Shown here: positions 41,170 to 53,120 of the stretch, one piece after another
Numbering within the stretch: position 1 is the stretch's first letter
How the letters are laid out: the number at the start of each line of letters is the position of its first letter
Source: Octopus sinensis
Lineage: Eukaryota
Length of the DNA stretch: 64,000 bases
Direction of reading: 5' to 3'
Assembly (NCBI RefSeq): GCF_006345805.1
Contig: NC_043011.1
Coordinates: 4,588,001-4,652,000 of the forward strand
Notes under the pieces: model-generated
Database searches by the model: none
Told to the model about the DNA's origin: nothing
Seen by the model: only the letters and a program-made list of their open reading frames with translations
Program-made: the position numbers and the translations under genes

Positions 41170-42250
41170 TTCTTGGTCATTTCTTCTCGCATTTTCTACC
41201 TTTTTGGGGTGTTAAGTATCAGACACTGTTGATAACATTCATTCGGTGGGTGTCGCAGTTGGTGACCAATCCATCTCAGCCAGCATTCCTTTATCCTTGT
41301 ACACATTTGCTCTTTGTCAACCATTTGGTACAATGTATGATTAGAAACGTGGTCGTTGTAGGATATCTGATAGTTTTTCCTCAAGTTTCTTGTGTGAAAA
41401 GTATTCACCTTGGCCCTCTGCCGGTTCGTATTTGTTACCCATATCTCGCATCCATATGTAAAAATCGGAAGACAGAGTTTTTTACATCTTTATCTCCTTT
41501 GTTGGGTTCATGTTAGGCGACCAGGGGTGTTTAAGCTGCATCATTGCTCCACATACCACTCTCCTTCTGTCTATGATGTCACCGTTTGAGTTGTAAGAGA
41601 GATCAGTTATAGTCGATCGAAGGTAAGTAAACTCATCTGGATAGCTGCTTTCCATTTGCCAGGACGCCTCTGTCTTCCTTTCGTTTATTTCTAGCCCCAC
41701 AGTCTTTGCTTCTCGCATGACACCATCCAAGTAGTTCTGTGTTTCTATAAGGCTAATAGTAAAGAGAACGATATCATCTGCAAATGCGAGATAGGTCAAC
41801 TGATGTGACTCTGATATGCGAATTCCATCCTCCGTATGAGTTGAAGCTTTCACCATATGATCCGTAACCACCAAAAATAGCTAAGGATGCCTCAGAGTTG
41901 CAAAATTCCACTCTGAGATGTGACGCCAGGGGGCTGTTTTCCATTAACAAAGACATGCTGTTTGATGTTTATAAGATATCTCAATGCCGATGTTATTTTC
42001 GATGGTATCTCTGCCCTTTCAAGAATCGTAAACACAGTAGTTCTGTTGACTCTCTCGAATGCTTTTCGAAAGACTAAGAACGGTGCAAATACTGGGAGAC
42101 ACCATTCAAAGCAGATCTCCAGTATCCTTTTCAACGTGTGAATTTGTTCAATGCAACCACAGTTCTTTCTAAAGTCACTTGCCTCCTCGAGTATGACAAG
42201 GAGTTCAAACATCTCGAAATTTTTGCGGTGGACACTTCGTATGCATTGTT
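41170..42250 (-). mobile_element. RTE-clade LINE RT fragment, decayed
   Basis: FRKNCGCIEQIHTL, FRKAFERV, LAFADDIVL, GLEINERKT, WLRWIGHQLR. Confidence 0.8.
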
Positions 42251-42384
42251 TTATCCTGAGTCACAATGTAATAGCTCTTCGGCTTGCGTTCCCTTACATA
42301 ACAATTTTGTAAAGTACTTGTTTCATGCATCAAGCCTATTCCTCTCGCAACTGGAGGGATTTCCATGCTCATTGCAAGCTTGTT

Positions 42385-42459
42385 AAGTCACGGGGACGTA
42401 AACACACAAACGTCAGTTGTCAGGCGATGGTGATAGGGAGGCGACAAACACAGACACAG

Positions 42460-42509
<50 letters not shown>

Positions 42510-42675
42510 ATATATATACACGACGAGCTTCTTTCAGTTTCCGTCTATCAAATCCACTCACAAGGCTTTAGTCGGCCAGAAGCTATAGTAGAAGACACTT
42601 GCCCAAGGTGCCACGCAGTGGGACTGCACCCGGAACCATGTTATTGGGAAGCCAGCTGCTTACCACACAACCACA
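42385..42675 (-). mobile_element. SINE-B, 3'-truncated
   Basis: Head and microsatellite core present; ends after ggggacgtaaacacac. Confidence 0.75.
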
Positions 42676-43003
42676 TATATATAAGCATATATATGTGTGT
42701 ATACATATGTACGTATATGTATCATATACATACATATATGCATATATATTACTGTATGTAGCTGGTATACTTCTCCCCTTTGACGCTTAGAGCTCCCGGA
42801 GTTTCTTTCGTGGTCATTTGTGCTGGAGTTGATATGAACTTTGAAAGCAGAGCTTCAGAATGATTACAGTCTAGTTAGTCACTGGGAGCAGTAAAAGACT
42901 AAAAAAAAGAGAAAAAGATTGAAAGGTACATGTTTGGGGGTGACTATTCCTTATATTTACCGATCTCGGAAGAATGGACAGCGAAATCGATTTATTTTAT
43001 ATA

Positions 43004-43431
43004 CTCTTTTACTTGTTTATTTTATATACTCTTTTACTTGTTTCAGTCATTTGACTGCGGCCATGCTGGAGCACCGCCTTTAATCGAGCAACTCGACCCC
43101 GGGACTTATTCTTTTGTAAGCCCAGTACTTATTCTATCGGTCTGTTTTGCCGAACCGCTAAGTAACGGAGACATAAAAACACACCAGCATCGGTTGTCAA
43201 GCAATGCTAGGGGGACAAACACAGACTCACAAACACACACACACGCATATATATATATACATATATACGACGGGCTTCTTTCAGTTTCCGTCTACCAAAT
43301 CCACTCACAAGGCTTTGGTCGGCCCGGGGCTATAGTAGAAGACACTTGCCCAAAGTGCCACGCGGTGGGACTGAACCCGGAACCATGTGGTTGGTAAGCA
43401 AGCTACTTACCACACAGCCACTCCTGCGCCT
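43004..43431 (-). mobile_element. SINE-B, full length
   Basis: Colinear with 11225-11661. Confidence 0.85.
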
Positions 43432-43834
43432 ATATATATTTATTCATTTATTGATTTTGCATTTGTTAGTCAGAAGTGGAGGAGCAGCACCGGTGACCGT
43501 TTTCAGAGACCCAGAGACTGGTTCATAGTCCTAATCCAAGGGAATATTTGAACACAACTCTGCAAACTAAAGAGACTGACATCACTGATGTCACCCCTGG
43601 ATTCTTCCATTTTATTTGAGGTTCGATTCTGGCACTGTTCCAGTCCAGCACGATTCAATAAGTTGAGCAACTAGGATTTTTAGATATTATTTTTTTCAGT
43701 GTTAAGAAATCTCCCCACCCCTTTGCATTGAAAATGGTATCACCACCGAGAAAAGGGGAAATGTTGAATTCCTGCACTGACTGTCCACTCTAGTATCTCA
43801 TTCGTACCATCAGCCCCGGTTTCTTACATTTTTT

Positions 43835-44130
43835 TTCTGCCCTTTTCAAGCCTAGCCAGGCTCATGGGCCCGGTTTCTGTGGCGTATGTGTTCCCCCCAG
43901 CTGGACGGGACGCCAGTCCATCGCAGCGTTACTCAAGAAACAGGAAGAGAGAGAGAAAGTTGTGGCGAAAGAGTACAACAGGGGTCGCCACCACCCCCTG
44001 CCGGAGCCTCATGGAGCTTTTTTAGGTGTTCTCGCGCAATAAACACTCACAACGCCCGGTCTGGGAATCGAAACCGTGATCCTCCGACCACGAGTCCACT
44101 GCCCTAATCACTGGGCCACTGTGCCTCCAG
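43835..44130 (-). mobile_element. SINE-C
   Basis: Reverse-complement homolog of 18838-19133. Confidence 0.8.
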
Positions 44131-44457
44131 TTCCCTACATACTACTGATGAGCAGACAACGTTACAGTAAATAATGAATTAAAACACCCATTGTCTGTCT
44201 AATGAATGCTTTCTCTAATTCTAGTCCGAATGGATTTTAATTAGCTATAAAACAATTTTTATATTGAACTTAAGGTGGCTGTCTTGTTAGAACATTGAAT
44301 GCTGCCTCGGGAGGTTTAAGCCTACTGGCTATTTGTGGCACCAGTGTCTGAAAAGATGCTGATATTCTGGATTTAACTGTTGTGCGATGACCAGACGCTT
44401 CCTACTTATGATTTCCAATTGAGCGAAATCACGTGATATGGAAATTCCGGCGCCTTT

Positions 44458-44797
44458 TATTTCTTTATTGCCCACAAGGGGCTAAACATAGCGGGACAAA
44501 CAAGGACAGACAAAGGAATTCAATCGATTACATCGACCCCAGTGCGTAACTGGTACTTAATTTATCGACCACGGCGGAATTTGAACTCAGAACGTAGCAG
44601 CAGACGAAATACGTATTTCTTTATTACCCACATGGGGCTAAACACAGAAGGGACAAACAAGGACAGACAAATGGATTAAGTTGATTATATCGACCCCAGT
44701 GCGTAATTGGTATTTATTTAATCGACCCCGAAAGGATGAAAGGCAAAGTCGACCTCGGCGGAATTTGAACTCACAAGGTAACAGCAGACGAAATACC
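44458..44797 (-). mobile_element. SINE-A (tRNA-derived) headless tandem units with Tx1-type tail
   Basis: Units 44614-44797 (184 bp) and 44458-44613 (internal deletion between tcgacc repeats). Confidence 0.85.
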
Positions 44798-45036
44798 AAT
44801 TTCTTTATTGCCCACCGGGGGCCAAACATAGATATGGACAGTACAACTGATGGGATCAGTGAATCGATATGATTTTACATAAATGTGACATCAAAAATAA
44901 AATACAATACATAAAAATCGAATGGAATACACAGTACAAAAACAATACAAATGAAGCGATGATCAAGTTACGCTCCGATCCCACAAGCCCCGATCTACCG
45001 CTGATACCTTTTTATTTTTCCTTTTTCCTCGTCTAT

Positions 45037-48000
45037 TCACACGGTTCCTTGCACGCACAACACTCGTGCAACATACTTCCATCTCTTTTGGAACGTACAC
45101 TCTGACAGACACCTCTTCTCCAGCCACAGTTTCCTTTTCAAATGAAAAGAAAAAAAGGATCGTAAATTGTCACCAGAGATAAAGTTGCCTGTCTTAATTC
45201 CTTTTATCCTAGTATTCCATACAGCCTCTTTTGCTATTGCTACAACCGTGAGAAAACAATTCTTACCTTCGTTCGTTAGAACTCCCGGTGGGTCAATTTT
45301 TATAATTGACTCAGTCGACAGCCGTATTCTTCCTTCGCCGGACAATAGATGTTCAGCATAAGCCCACATTTCAGTTATCTCCGGACACTGAACAATAGCG
45401 TGAGGGACGGTTTCCCTGTCCCCACCGCATCTTGGACAGGTCGGCGACTGACGTTTACCATGTCTTGCGAGCTTATCCCAAACGGGCAAGGCACCTCTGT
45501 AGCATTGCCAGGTTAAGGACTTTTGGAAGTTGTCCAACGTTCTCAACCCGAATGTACGATGAAACAAGCTGTCCAGTTGAATAAATCCGAGACCTAGAGT
45601 CGACCCCAGGCCATCGTCGCATTCAGACTCTACCAACCCACTATATAAAATCCGTGTGGAACCCCCACCGCTGGCGTTGCCCGAGCGCCGGAACAGCAAG
45701 AGGGCCTTACGGTACTCTTTATGCCACTCACTCGACCTCGGTCTACGAGAACACCAGGCTTCCTGTTCGCAAAAACTCTTGAACTCAGGGAACATTTGTC
45801 TGGCCAGCGGAGACCACACCCGTTCACTATCCAGGAGAATCCAGAGGTGCCTCAACCTCAACGCATGTTGCGCATCATTAACCAAGGCATCCCTAAACCT
45901 CCATTTAAAGGCTTTTGACAGCAGACAGAGCGTTTCACAAGTGGCGACCTGCCCTTCCACAAAAAGCGAAAGAGCTGTCTCTCCAACCTGATCAACCACG
46001 GATCCGGACAGGGCACGACAGTCAGGCGGTAGGTAATGACCGATGCGATAAACACATTGGCCACTTCCGCCCTCCCTTTCAGGGATAGCCACCGCCAAGA
46101 CCAAGTCTTGACTACTGCAGCCACCCTGCTCAATACCTCCGTCCAGTTCTTCTATCTGGAGGCCTGGTCCAAACCAGACTCCCAGCAACTTAACCGGTCC
46201 CTCCGTCCAGCGCCTAACAACACTGTCTGAAGGCATCGACTTGCCAACCCAGGTGCCGAGCTGCAAGCCGACCGACTTTTCCCGGTTAATCTTTGCTCCT
46301 GCTACCTCCTCGTAAGCCTCAATAGTCTTACCTACTTCACGTAGGCGTACCACTGTGGTTACACTTATAGTGATATCATCCGCGAAAGCCGTAACAAACT
46401 CCTCTAGTCCTGGTTCTCTCGGGATGCCACTCAACCTTTGCAGTAATGGCTCGAGAGCCATCACATACAAAAGTGGTAAAAGCGGACATCCTTGACGAAC
46501 CGAGCGTCTGATGCAGAACGGCTTCGAAAGGAAACCGTTCACCCGAACTATCGAGTCAATGTTGTGGTACAAAGCGATAAACCACCTGAGGAAGCCAAGG
46601 CCCAGGCCAAACCGCGCAAGTACAGTCGCTAGGTATCGATGGTCAACCCTATCAAAAGCTTTAGACTGGTCCAAATGCACCAATGCCCCACCTTTGCCAG
46701 ATTTATTACCAAACCTCTCTATGGTATAGCGAATAAGATGGAGGGTATCCTGAATGGTTCTGCCTGGGATGGCACATGTCTGTGCCTCCCCGACTATACC
46801 ATTCGCGACACGCGCCAACCTTTTTGCTAGAACCTTGGCCAAAATCTTCACTTCTGCGTTTAACAGAGTGATGGGCCTGAAATTCTCTAGAACGTCCCCC
46901 TTGTCCGAGTCCTTTCTGACCAACGTCACTACTCCCCGGCGCACAGATCTGGGGATAAACCCATTCTGTTTCCAGTTCGCGTACACGTCAGTCAGTAGTT
47001 GCCCGAACAAGTCTGGCATACATTTATACAGCTCGTACGGAAGACCATCAAGTCCCGGTGACTTACCCGCTTTACAATCGGCCAAAGCCTCCATCACTCC
47101 TCAAGTGTGATTGGCCCTTCGCAAGACTCCGCATCCGACCCCGAGAGGCACGGCAGCCCGGTAAGAAAGTCCTCGAGGGCTCTCCCACCACCAGGACCGC
47201 CGTCACCCCGAACAGCTGGGCGAAGTACTCCCGAAAGACCTCACACATTTTCTCGGGTTCGTTTATCAAGACACCATTTTGATTCGTCAAAGACCGAATA
47301 GAGGAACTATTTCCTTGCCGAGCTTCCACCACTCGGGCCCATCCAGCGGCTTTGATTCCTTCACTTCCCATTGCACGTAACTTAGCTCTGGTAATACTTC
47401 CCATGTGGTGGGCTTCAAGATGCTGGTTTAACTCCCGTCTTTTCACCCTCGCTTGGTCTGTATTACCAGTCCTCCAGGCTTCTTCTAGTTCCTTAACTAG
47501 ACCATCTCCTATTTTACGTCCCTTCTTAGCTAAACTTATGCTAAACCTAATAGACTCATATTTGATGGCTCTTTTTAGGGTGTACCACCATTTGTTATTA
47601 ATGATGGTACCTGTTAATGCCCTCTGTATTAACATCTTGATCCGCTTTCTGTACTCCTCAATCGCCAAAAGGGACGTATTGAGTTTCCAGTAGCCAGATC
47701 CCTGTCTATGCAACTTATCTACCGTCAGTTCACAGGTAACCATCTTGTGGTCACTGTAGCTGACTAGAAAAAACTGTGGACACTCAACTATGGACTTATC
47801 TTTTTCTCTAATTAAAATCCTATCTAGATATGTTCTGGTAGACCCGTCACTATTTGACCACGTCCACTGTGGAGTGTTCGGGTGCTCCAACCTATATGGA
47901 TCTGCTAGCTGAAATTGACTTAGCAGATCCCGAAAGCCTGTGTTACATTTTCTGTTCATGTTCGAGTTTGAGCCAACACAATCTGTGTGTGCTGCACATA

Positions 48001-48433
48001 TTGTATTAGAGTCTCCTAACACTACTAGTGAATGCGACGTGGCTAGGAACTTTCCTAGGCCACGAAAATATTCAGTTTGCGGGCCAATAATGTTTGGTGC
48101 ATAAATAGCGACCAGCCTGATTGTCTTGCCACAACTGAATGTCAAGTCGAGAACGACCAGCCTGCCTTCTGGGTCAGAAAAAACCAACTTTTTCTCGGCT
48201 ACCCGGTTTCTTTTTAGTAGGACCAACACCCCACCCCCACCTCCCGCCCGACTCGGAGAAACGTATTTCTCGTAGCCGTTCATGAGGGGGAGCAGATCTC
48301 TTGGCCCCTTCACCCGGGTTTCCGTTGCAACAATTACATCCAAATTTCTCGACCTGATGTCATTCAGAAAGCGTCCTTGCTTCCAGCTTGACAACAGGCC
48401 ATGAACATTTAAACAACCAATGTGAATAGCCAT
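45037..48433 (-). pseudogene. LINE ORF2: apurinic-like endonuclease + reverse transcriptase + C-terminal Cys/His motif, split by three frameshifts
   Basis: APE motifs IGCLNVHGL, AIYAP, LGDSN, YLDRIL, SDH; L1/Tx1 linker GSGYWKLNTSLL; RT motifs KSPGLDG, FRPITLLN, RQGCPL, FADD; C-terminal CPRC..H..C. Frames switch near 47095, 46150 and 45862. Confidence 0.9.
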
Positions 48434-48444
48434 CACTTACCTGT

Positions 48445-50001
48445 TTAATTAGGATTGTCCGGTGGAGGGGGACCCTCCACCTTTTTTTTATCCAGGGTCG
48501 GAGGTGGACGGTCTTGGGAAATAGATTTGTCAAAATCCCGTCTCACCACCGACACAGAATTATCAGGTGGAGGGGGAATCTCCACCTTTTCCTTTTCTCG
48601 CGGGATCGGAGCTGGTAATCCATGAAATATCGACTTGTTAAAATCTAATCTCAATGAAGATACAGTCTTTCTGTACTTATTTTGTAGAATTCTATAAGTC
48701 TTATTTGAGACTTCATATATGTCGTAATTGATAAATTCCTCTGAAAGGTTATCAATTTTTTTTACAGTCTTTATGAGTTGAATGTCTCTCATGAGCTCAG
48801 TATCTTTAGTGTATACGGCTATTATGCCTTTTTCTTCTTTTTCTCTTCTGGCAGTCTTTTTTGGTCGTTGTTCTGTAGTAGTCGCCGCTCTCGGCTGGGT
48901 TGCTGGTTGTATTTTTCTTTTGTTTGTTATTTTTTTCTCATCTGTTTCTTCTTTATCTTCTTCCTCTTTGTCTTTTTTCTCCTCTTCCTCCTCTTCTTCA
49001 TTTTCCTTGCAGTTCCTTCGAATGTGGCCTAATTGACCACATAAAAAACATCGAGGTTTTCGGCCCTCAACAAACACCACGAGGTTCTCCTCCCCTACCT
49101 CAATTGTCTCAGGAATTGTTTGAATTATTTTAGGGTCCGCTTGAATGAGAAGATTAATTGTTTTACCATCCCAGCGTGGGTTTTCCGTAGCGGTAGCCTG
49201 GAGGAGAGTAATTTTTTCTACCTCTTTGATTAGGACTGCCGCCAACAACCACATAGGTTCGACCTCTGGCGGGACCCTTGTAATTTTTATTCGCGACGTC
49301 CTCATCCCCATATAATAGGGTATTAACTCCACGTCATTCGTTTTCAACGTTTCCACTGAGTTCTTGTGTGCTATTTCTTTATTGGTGAACCTTACTTCCA
49401 CCGTTCCGAATTTTTTTCCTCTTCTCAGAAATACTACGTCGCCCAATATTGGCTTTAAGCACTTTTCTATTTTCTCTTCTGACATTCTTTCAATTTTTCT
49501 ATTTTGTAGACAATATGTTTTGAAAATTATTGTTTTTTGCTTTTCTTCCTGTAATAACTTTTGCGGAGGTTCAATTTTCACACTGTTGTCATTTATTTCC
49601 ATCATTTTGCTGTATTTCATAATTTCGCTTTTATTCGTCGACAGTATCTGGGTTCCACCCCCAGCAGCCAACGCAAAACTTTTTTTTCCATTTTTTGGTT
49701 CTATCTGGATGCTAGGCACATCAATTATTCTCTTCGACACAATGCCTTTGTTCTCTGGCAAAGTCGGAAACTCTTCTGGTGAAAGTTCTGGCGAGCTCTC
49801 AGACACATCTCCAAAAATATCAAATATATTATCCTCTCTGCTATTCCTTCTTGTAGCGGGGGAAACCCCTATTTCCTTGTCTGTAGTTGGCTCCTCGCCG
49901 GACATGTATTTCCTCCTCTCAACAGGAGAAACAAGTATTTCTGCTCCAACGGTAGGCTCCATGCTAGACGACATTCTTCCCCCCAAAGCGGGAATGAACA
50001 A
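48445..50001 (-). CDS. LINE ORF1 (gag-like nucleic-acid-binding protein)
   Basis: 518-aa open frame (first ATG at 49974) with a CX2CX4HX4C knuckle CFLCGQLGHIRRNC, an upstream RRM-like segment and an acidic/basic linker, directly upstream of ORF2. Confidence 0.85.
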   Translation of the reverse strand: MFIPALGGRMSSSMEPTVGAEILVSPVERRKYMSGEEPTTDKEIGVSPATRRNSREDNIFDIFGDVSESSPELSPEEFPTLPENKGIVSKRIIDVPSIQIEPKNGKKSFALAAGGGTQILSTNKSEIMKYSKMMEINDNSVKIEPPQKLLQEEKQKTIIFKTYCLQNRKIERMSEEKIEKCLKPILGDVVFLRRGKKFGTVEVRFTNKEIAHKNSVETLKTNDVELIPYYMGMRTSRIKITRVPPEVEPMWLLAAVLIKEVEKITLLQATATENPRWDGKTINLLIQADPKIIQTIPETIEVGEENLVVFVEGRKPRCFLCGQLGHIRRNCKENEEEEEEEKKDKEEEDKEETDEKKITNKRKIQPATQPRAATTTEQRPKKTARREKEEKGIIAVYTKDTELMRDIQLIKTVKKIDNLSEEFINYDIYEVSNKTYRILQNKYRKTVSSLRLDFNKSIFHGLPAPIPREKEKVEIPPPPDNSVSVVRRDFDKSISQDRPPPTLDKKKVEGPPPPDNPN

Positions 50002-50141
50002 CGCGTGCTACCACAAGCACTAAGTGTTTTCAATTAAAAACTCCAACAGTTAAGTTATTCAACAGTTTAACAAGAAACAACAGTTGTTAACAATATTAAC
50101 ACCACGAAACAGCAATTCTTACTTCACGAACACATGTGCGA

Positions 50142-50201
50142 CAGACGAAATACCGCTAAGCATTTCGTCCGGTGGGCTAACGTTGCTGCCAGCTCACCGC
50201 C
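50142..50201 (-). mobile_element. SINE-A head separated from its body by the LINE
   Basis: ggcggtgagctggcagcaacgttagc...gacgaaatgcttagcggtatttcgtctg, an A-box-bearing head. Confidence 0.85.
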
Positions 50202-51145
50202 TTAAATTCTGGCGCCTATGACAGATAATTCTAATCTGCTACGATCTATGTGTGTGCTTTTATGTCCCAAGCGCTTATATGAGAGAATCCCTCAATGCTA
50301 ATAACGCAGGATTTAGCGTTCTAACAAGACATCTATGTTAAGTTGGATATAAAGATTATCTTTTGGTATTAATACTGCTTCCGGCGATAATAATTAATAA
50401 AACAAAATGATTTATTGGTTTAGTCTGAAGGAAGAAGTTGAGGTATGGTCTTCGCTTGCCTTTCGAGAACGGTGAGGTTATATTCCTCTTAAACGACTAA
50501 AAGCTGACAGCTGCACGAAAAATATGCACACAGAAAGAGGATTCTAGAGGGACAACGGTGTGGGGAAGAAGGACTTGATAACACTGCTTAGTTTGTGGCC
50601 TGCAGACAGGACACTATATGGATGATGTCTTTAATAGACACACATGTCATTACAATGGTAACTGCGGGGTAAATGCAGCGTAACTAGGACCAAGTCAGTC
50701 GGAAGAAAGCTTTCGCTAACAAAATATTTCAAAGAGAGGCCATTTCTAGCGATTTAAAAATAAAGCAATATTTGTTTAAAATTTATTATAACTGATAATT
50801 ATTTCTCAGTTGTTTACACATATGACTATGTATGTTTGTATAAAAATATATGCGAGTGTTTGTATATATATATGCGCATGTGTGTATTATGTACGTATGT
50901 ACGAGCATGTACGTATATATATATGTTTACCTTCCAATTATCGCCGGCAGGAAAACATGTTTTATAAAGTAACAAATAATCTCACAAGACACACAAGTTT
51001 GTTTTTTTGTGTACCGAATATGTTGCCTACATATGTTTTAGATAAATACAGTTGAAAATAAAGTTAGTAAGGAAATAATTGAAAGGATGGTCGGGACTAA
51101 TAGCACGTGTCATAAACAGTATCCAGAGATTAAAGTTTATGAAGT

Positions 51146-51234
<89 letters not shown>

Positions 51235-51295
51235 ATCTATCTATCTATTTATTTATTAGCCTCCTTTCTTTTTCTTGCCTTTTTGACAAAAAAAG

Positions 51296-51328
<33 letters not shown>

Positions 51329-51786
51329 ATATATATATGTATGTATATGCAGAGAGACACGCATATAGCTATCCATATCCATACACACACGCAATACATA
51401 TACTCACACGCACCCTCACGCACACATACACATACACACACACCCAGCACACATGCCCCCCCACACACACACACAAGCACACAGAGTATTCGGAACACAT
51501 TCCGGTGGAGTATAACACGTTCCCAGAGGATTGCAGCCGAGGGTTACACTTCTCACAAACGAACTCCGTAAACATAGTATAATATACCCAAAACAACATG
51601 GAAAGTACACACAACAAATTCTAAGTCTCACCAAGAAAATGCACACACTACAAAATATATGGAGGAAATAATTGTTTGTTGTTTGAACGAATTCGTCTTT
51701 GTAAAGCTTTTTCTTTTACATTGTTTTGTTTCTTAAAAGAACCGCCTCAGTAGACCTCCAGAAAATGACTGCGGTCGGGAAATTAA

Positions 51787-51795
51787 TGTGTGTGC

Positions 51796-51870
<75 letters not shown>

Positions 51871-52014
51871 TGTGAGTGCTTGTGTGTGTGTGTGGTGTGT
51901 GTATGTGCGTGCGTGTGTGTATGTGTGTGTGTGTGTGTATGTGTGTGCGTGTGCGTGTTGTGTCTGTGTGTGCATGCGTGTTGTGTGTGTATGTGTGTGC
52001 GTGTGTGTGCGTGC

Positions 52015-52051
<37 letters not shown>

Positions 52052-52162
52052 TGTGTGTGCGTGCGTGTTGTGTGTGTATGTGTATGCGTGTGCGTGTGTG
52101 TGTCTGTGTGTGCATGCGTGTTGTGTGTGTATGTGTGTGCGTGTGTGTGCGTGCGTGTGTGT

Positions 52163-52195
<33 letters not shown>

Positions 52196-52212
52196 CGTGT
52201 ACGTGTTTGTGA
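51787..52212. repeat. Long (TG)n with CG interruptions
   Basis: Direct reading. Confidence 0.9.
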
Positions 52213-52706
52213 GTGATATAATATGGATGGTAAAGATTTAAATACATTCACATGCACAGAATGGGGTGGAAAAAAGTGGACGGAATCACGTATGGGAATC
52301 GAACCATGTGAAAACATACCGAAAAACAAGCGACATTTGTTTGCTGCCATTTTGTATTACAAACTCCATTGTTACTTTTGATACCCGTTGTTGTCCCTTT
52401 TTTGTCGACTCAGCCTAGTTTCGCGCTAAATGCTACAAAGCTCCCTCATACACATACAGACGTACATACAAAAACACACAGACACTTATATATACATATG
52501 TGAATACGTCGTCCGTACGTAAATATGTATGTTTGTATGTATGTTTGTATGCATGTATGTAAGCATGTATATGTATGTTGTTCTTGAGTAGTCAACACAG
52601 CTTTGTCGCACATTAGATACGACCAAGCATATACATACGCCCTTATGTATGTATGTATGTATGGATGGATGGATGGATGGATGAAAGGGTGGATGGATGC
52701 TTATAT

Positions 52707-53120
52707 GGAACGAGCTGGCAGAAACGTTAGCACGCCGGGCGAAATGCTTAGCGGTATTTCGTCTATCGCAACGTTGTGAGTTCAAATTCCGCCGAGGTCG
52801 ACTTTGCCTTTCATCCTTTCGGGGTCGATAAATTAAGTACTAGTTACGCACTGGGATCGATGTAATCGACGTAATCCGTTTGTGTGTCCTTGTTTGTCCC
52901 CTCTGTGTTTCGCCCCTTGTGGGCAATAAAGAAATAGGTATTTCGTCCGCCGCTACGTTCTGAGTTCAAATTCCGCCGAGGTCGGCTTTGCCTTTCATCC
53001 TTTCGGGGTCGATTAAATAAGTACCAGTTACGCACTGGGGTCGATGTAATCGACGTAATCCGTTTGTGTGTCCTTGTTTGTCCCCTCTATGTTTAGCCCT
53101 TTGTGGGTAGTAAAGAAGTA
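52707..53120 (+). mobile_element. SINE-A head + two 184-bp units, 12-bp TSD
   Basis: A-box tggcagaaacgttag, B-box gagttcaaattcc; units 52753-52936 and 52937-53120; TSD ggatgcttatat at 52695-52706 and 53121-53132. Confidence 0.9.

Larger units (their letters stand above)
44798..50141 (-). mobile_element. Tx1/L1-clade non-LTR retrotransposon, apparently full length (5'UTR, ORF1, ORF2, 3'UTR)
   Basis: Two-ORF layout with APE-RT ORF2. Flanked by a 13-bp direct repeat cagacgaaatacc (44785-44797 and 50142-50154) and splits a SINE: head at 50142-50201, body at 44614-44797. Confidence 0.92.

Noticed and set aside
52707-52800. tRNA gene
   Set aside because: A/B boxes are present but there is no acceptor stem or anticodon arm; the sequence continues into a SINE body.
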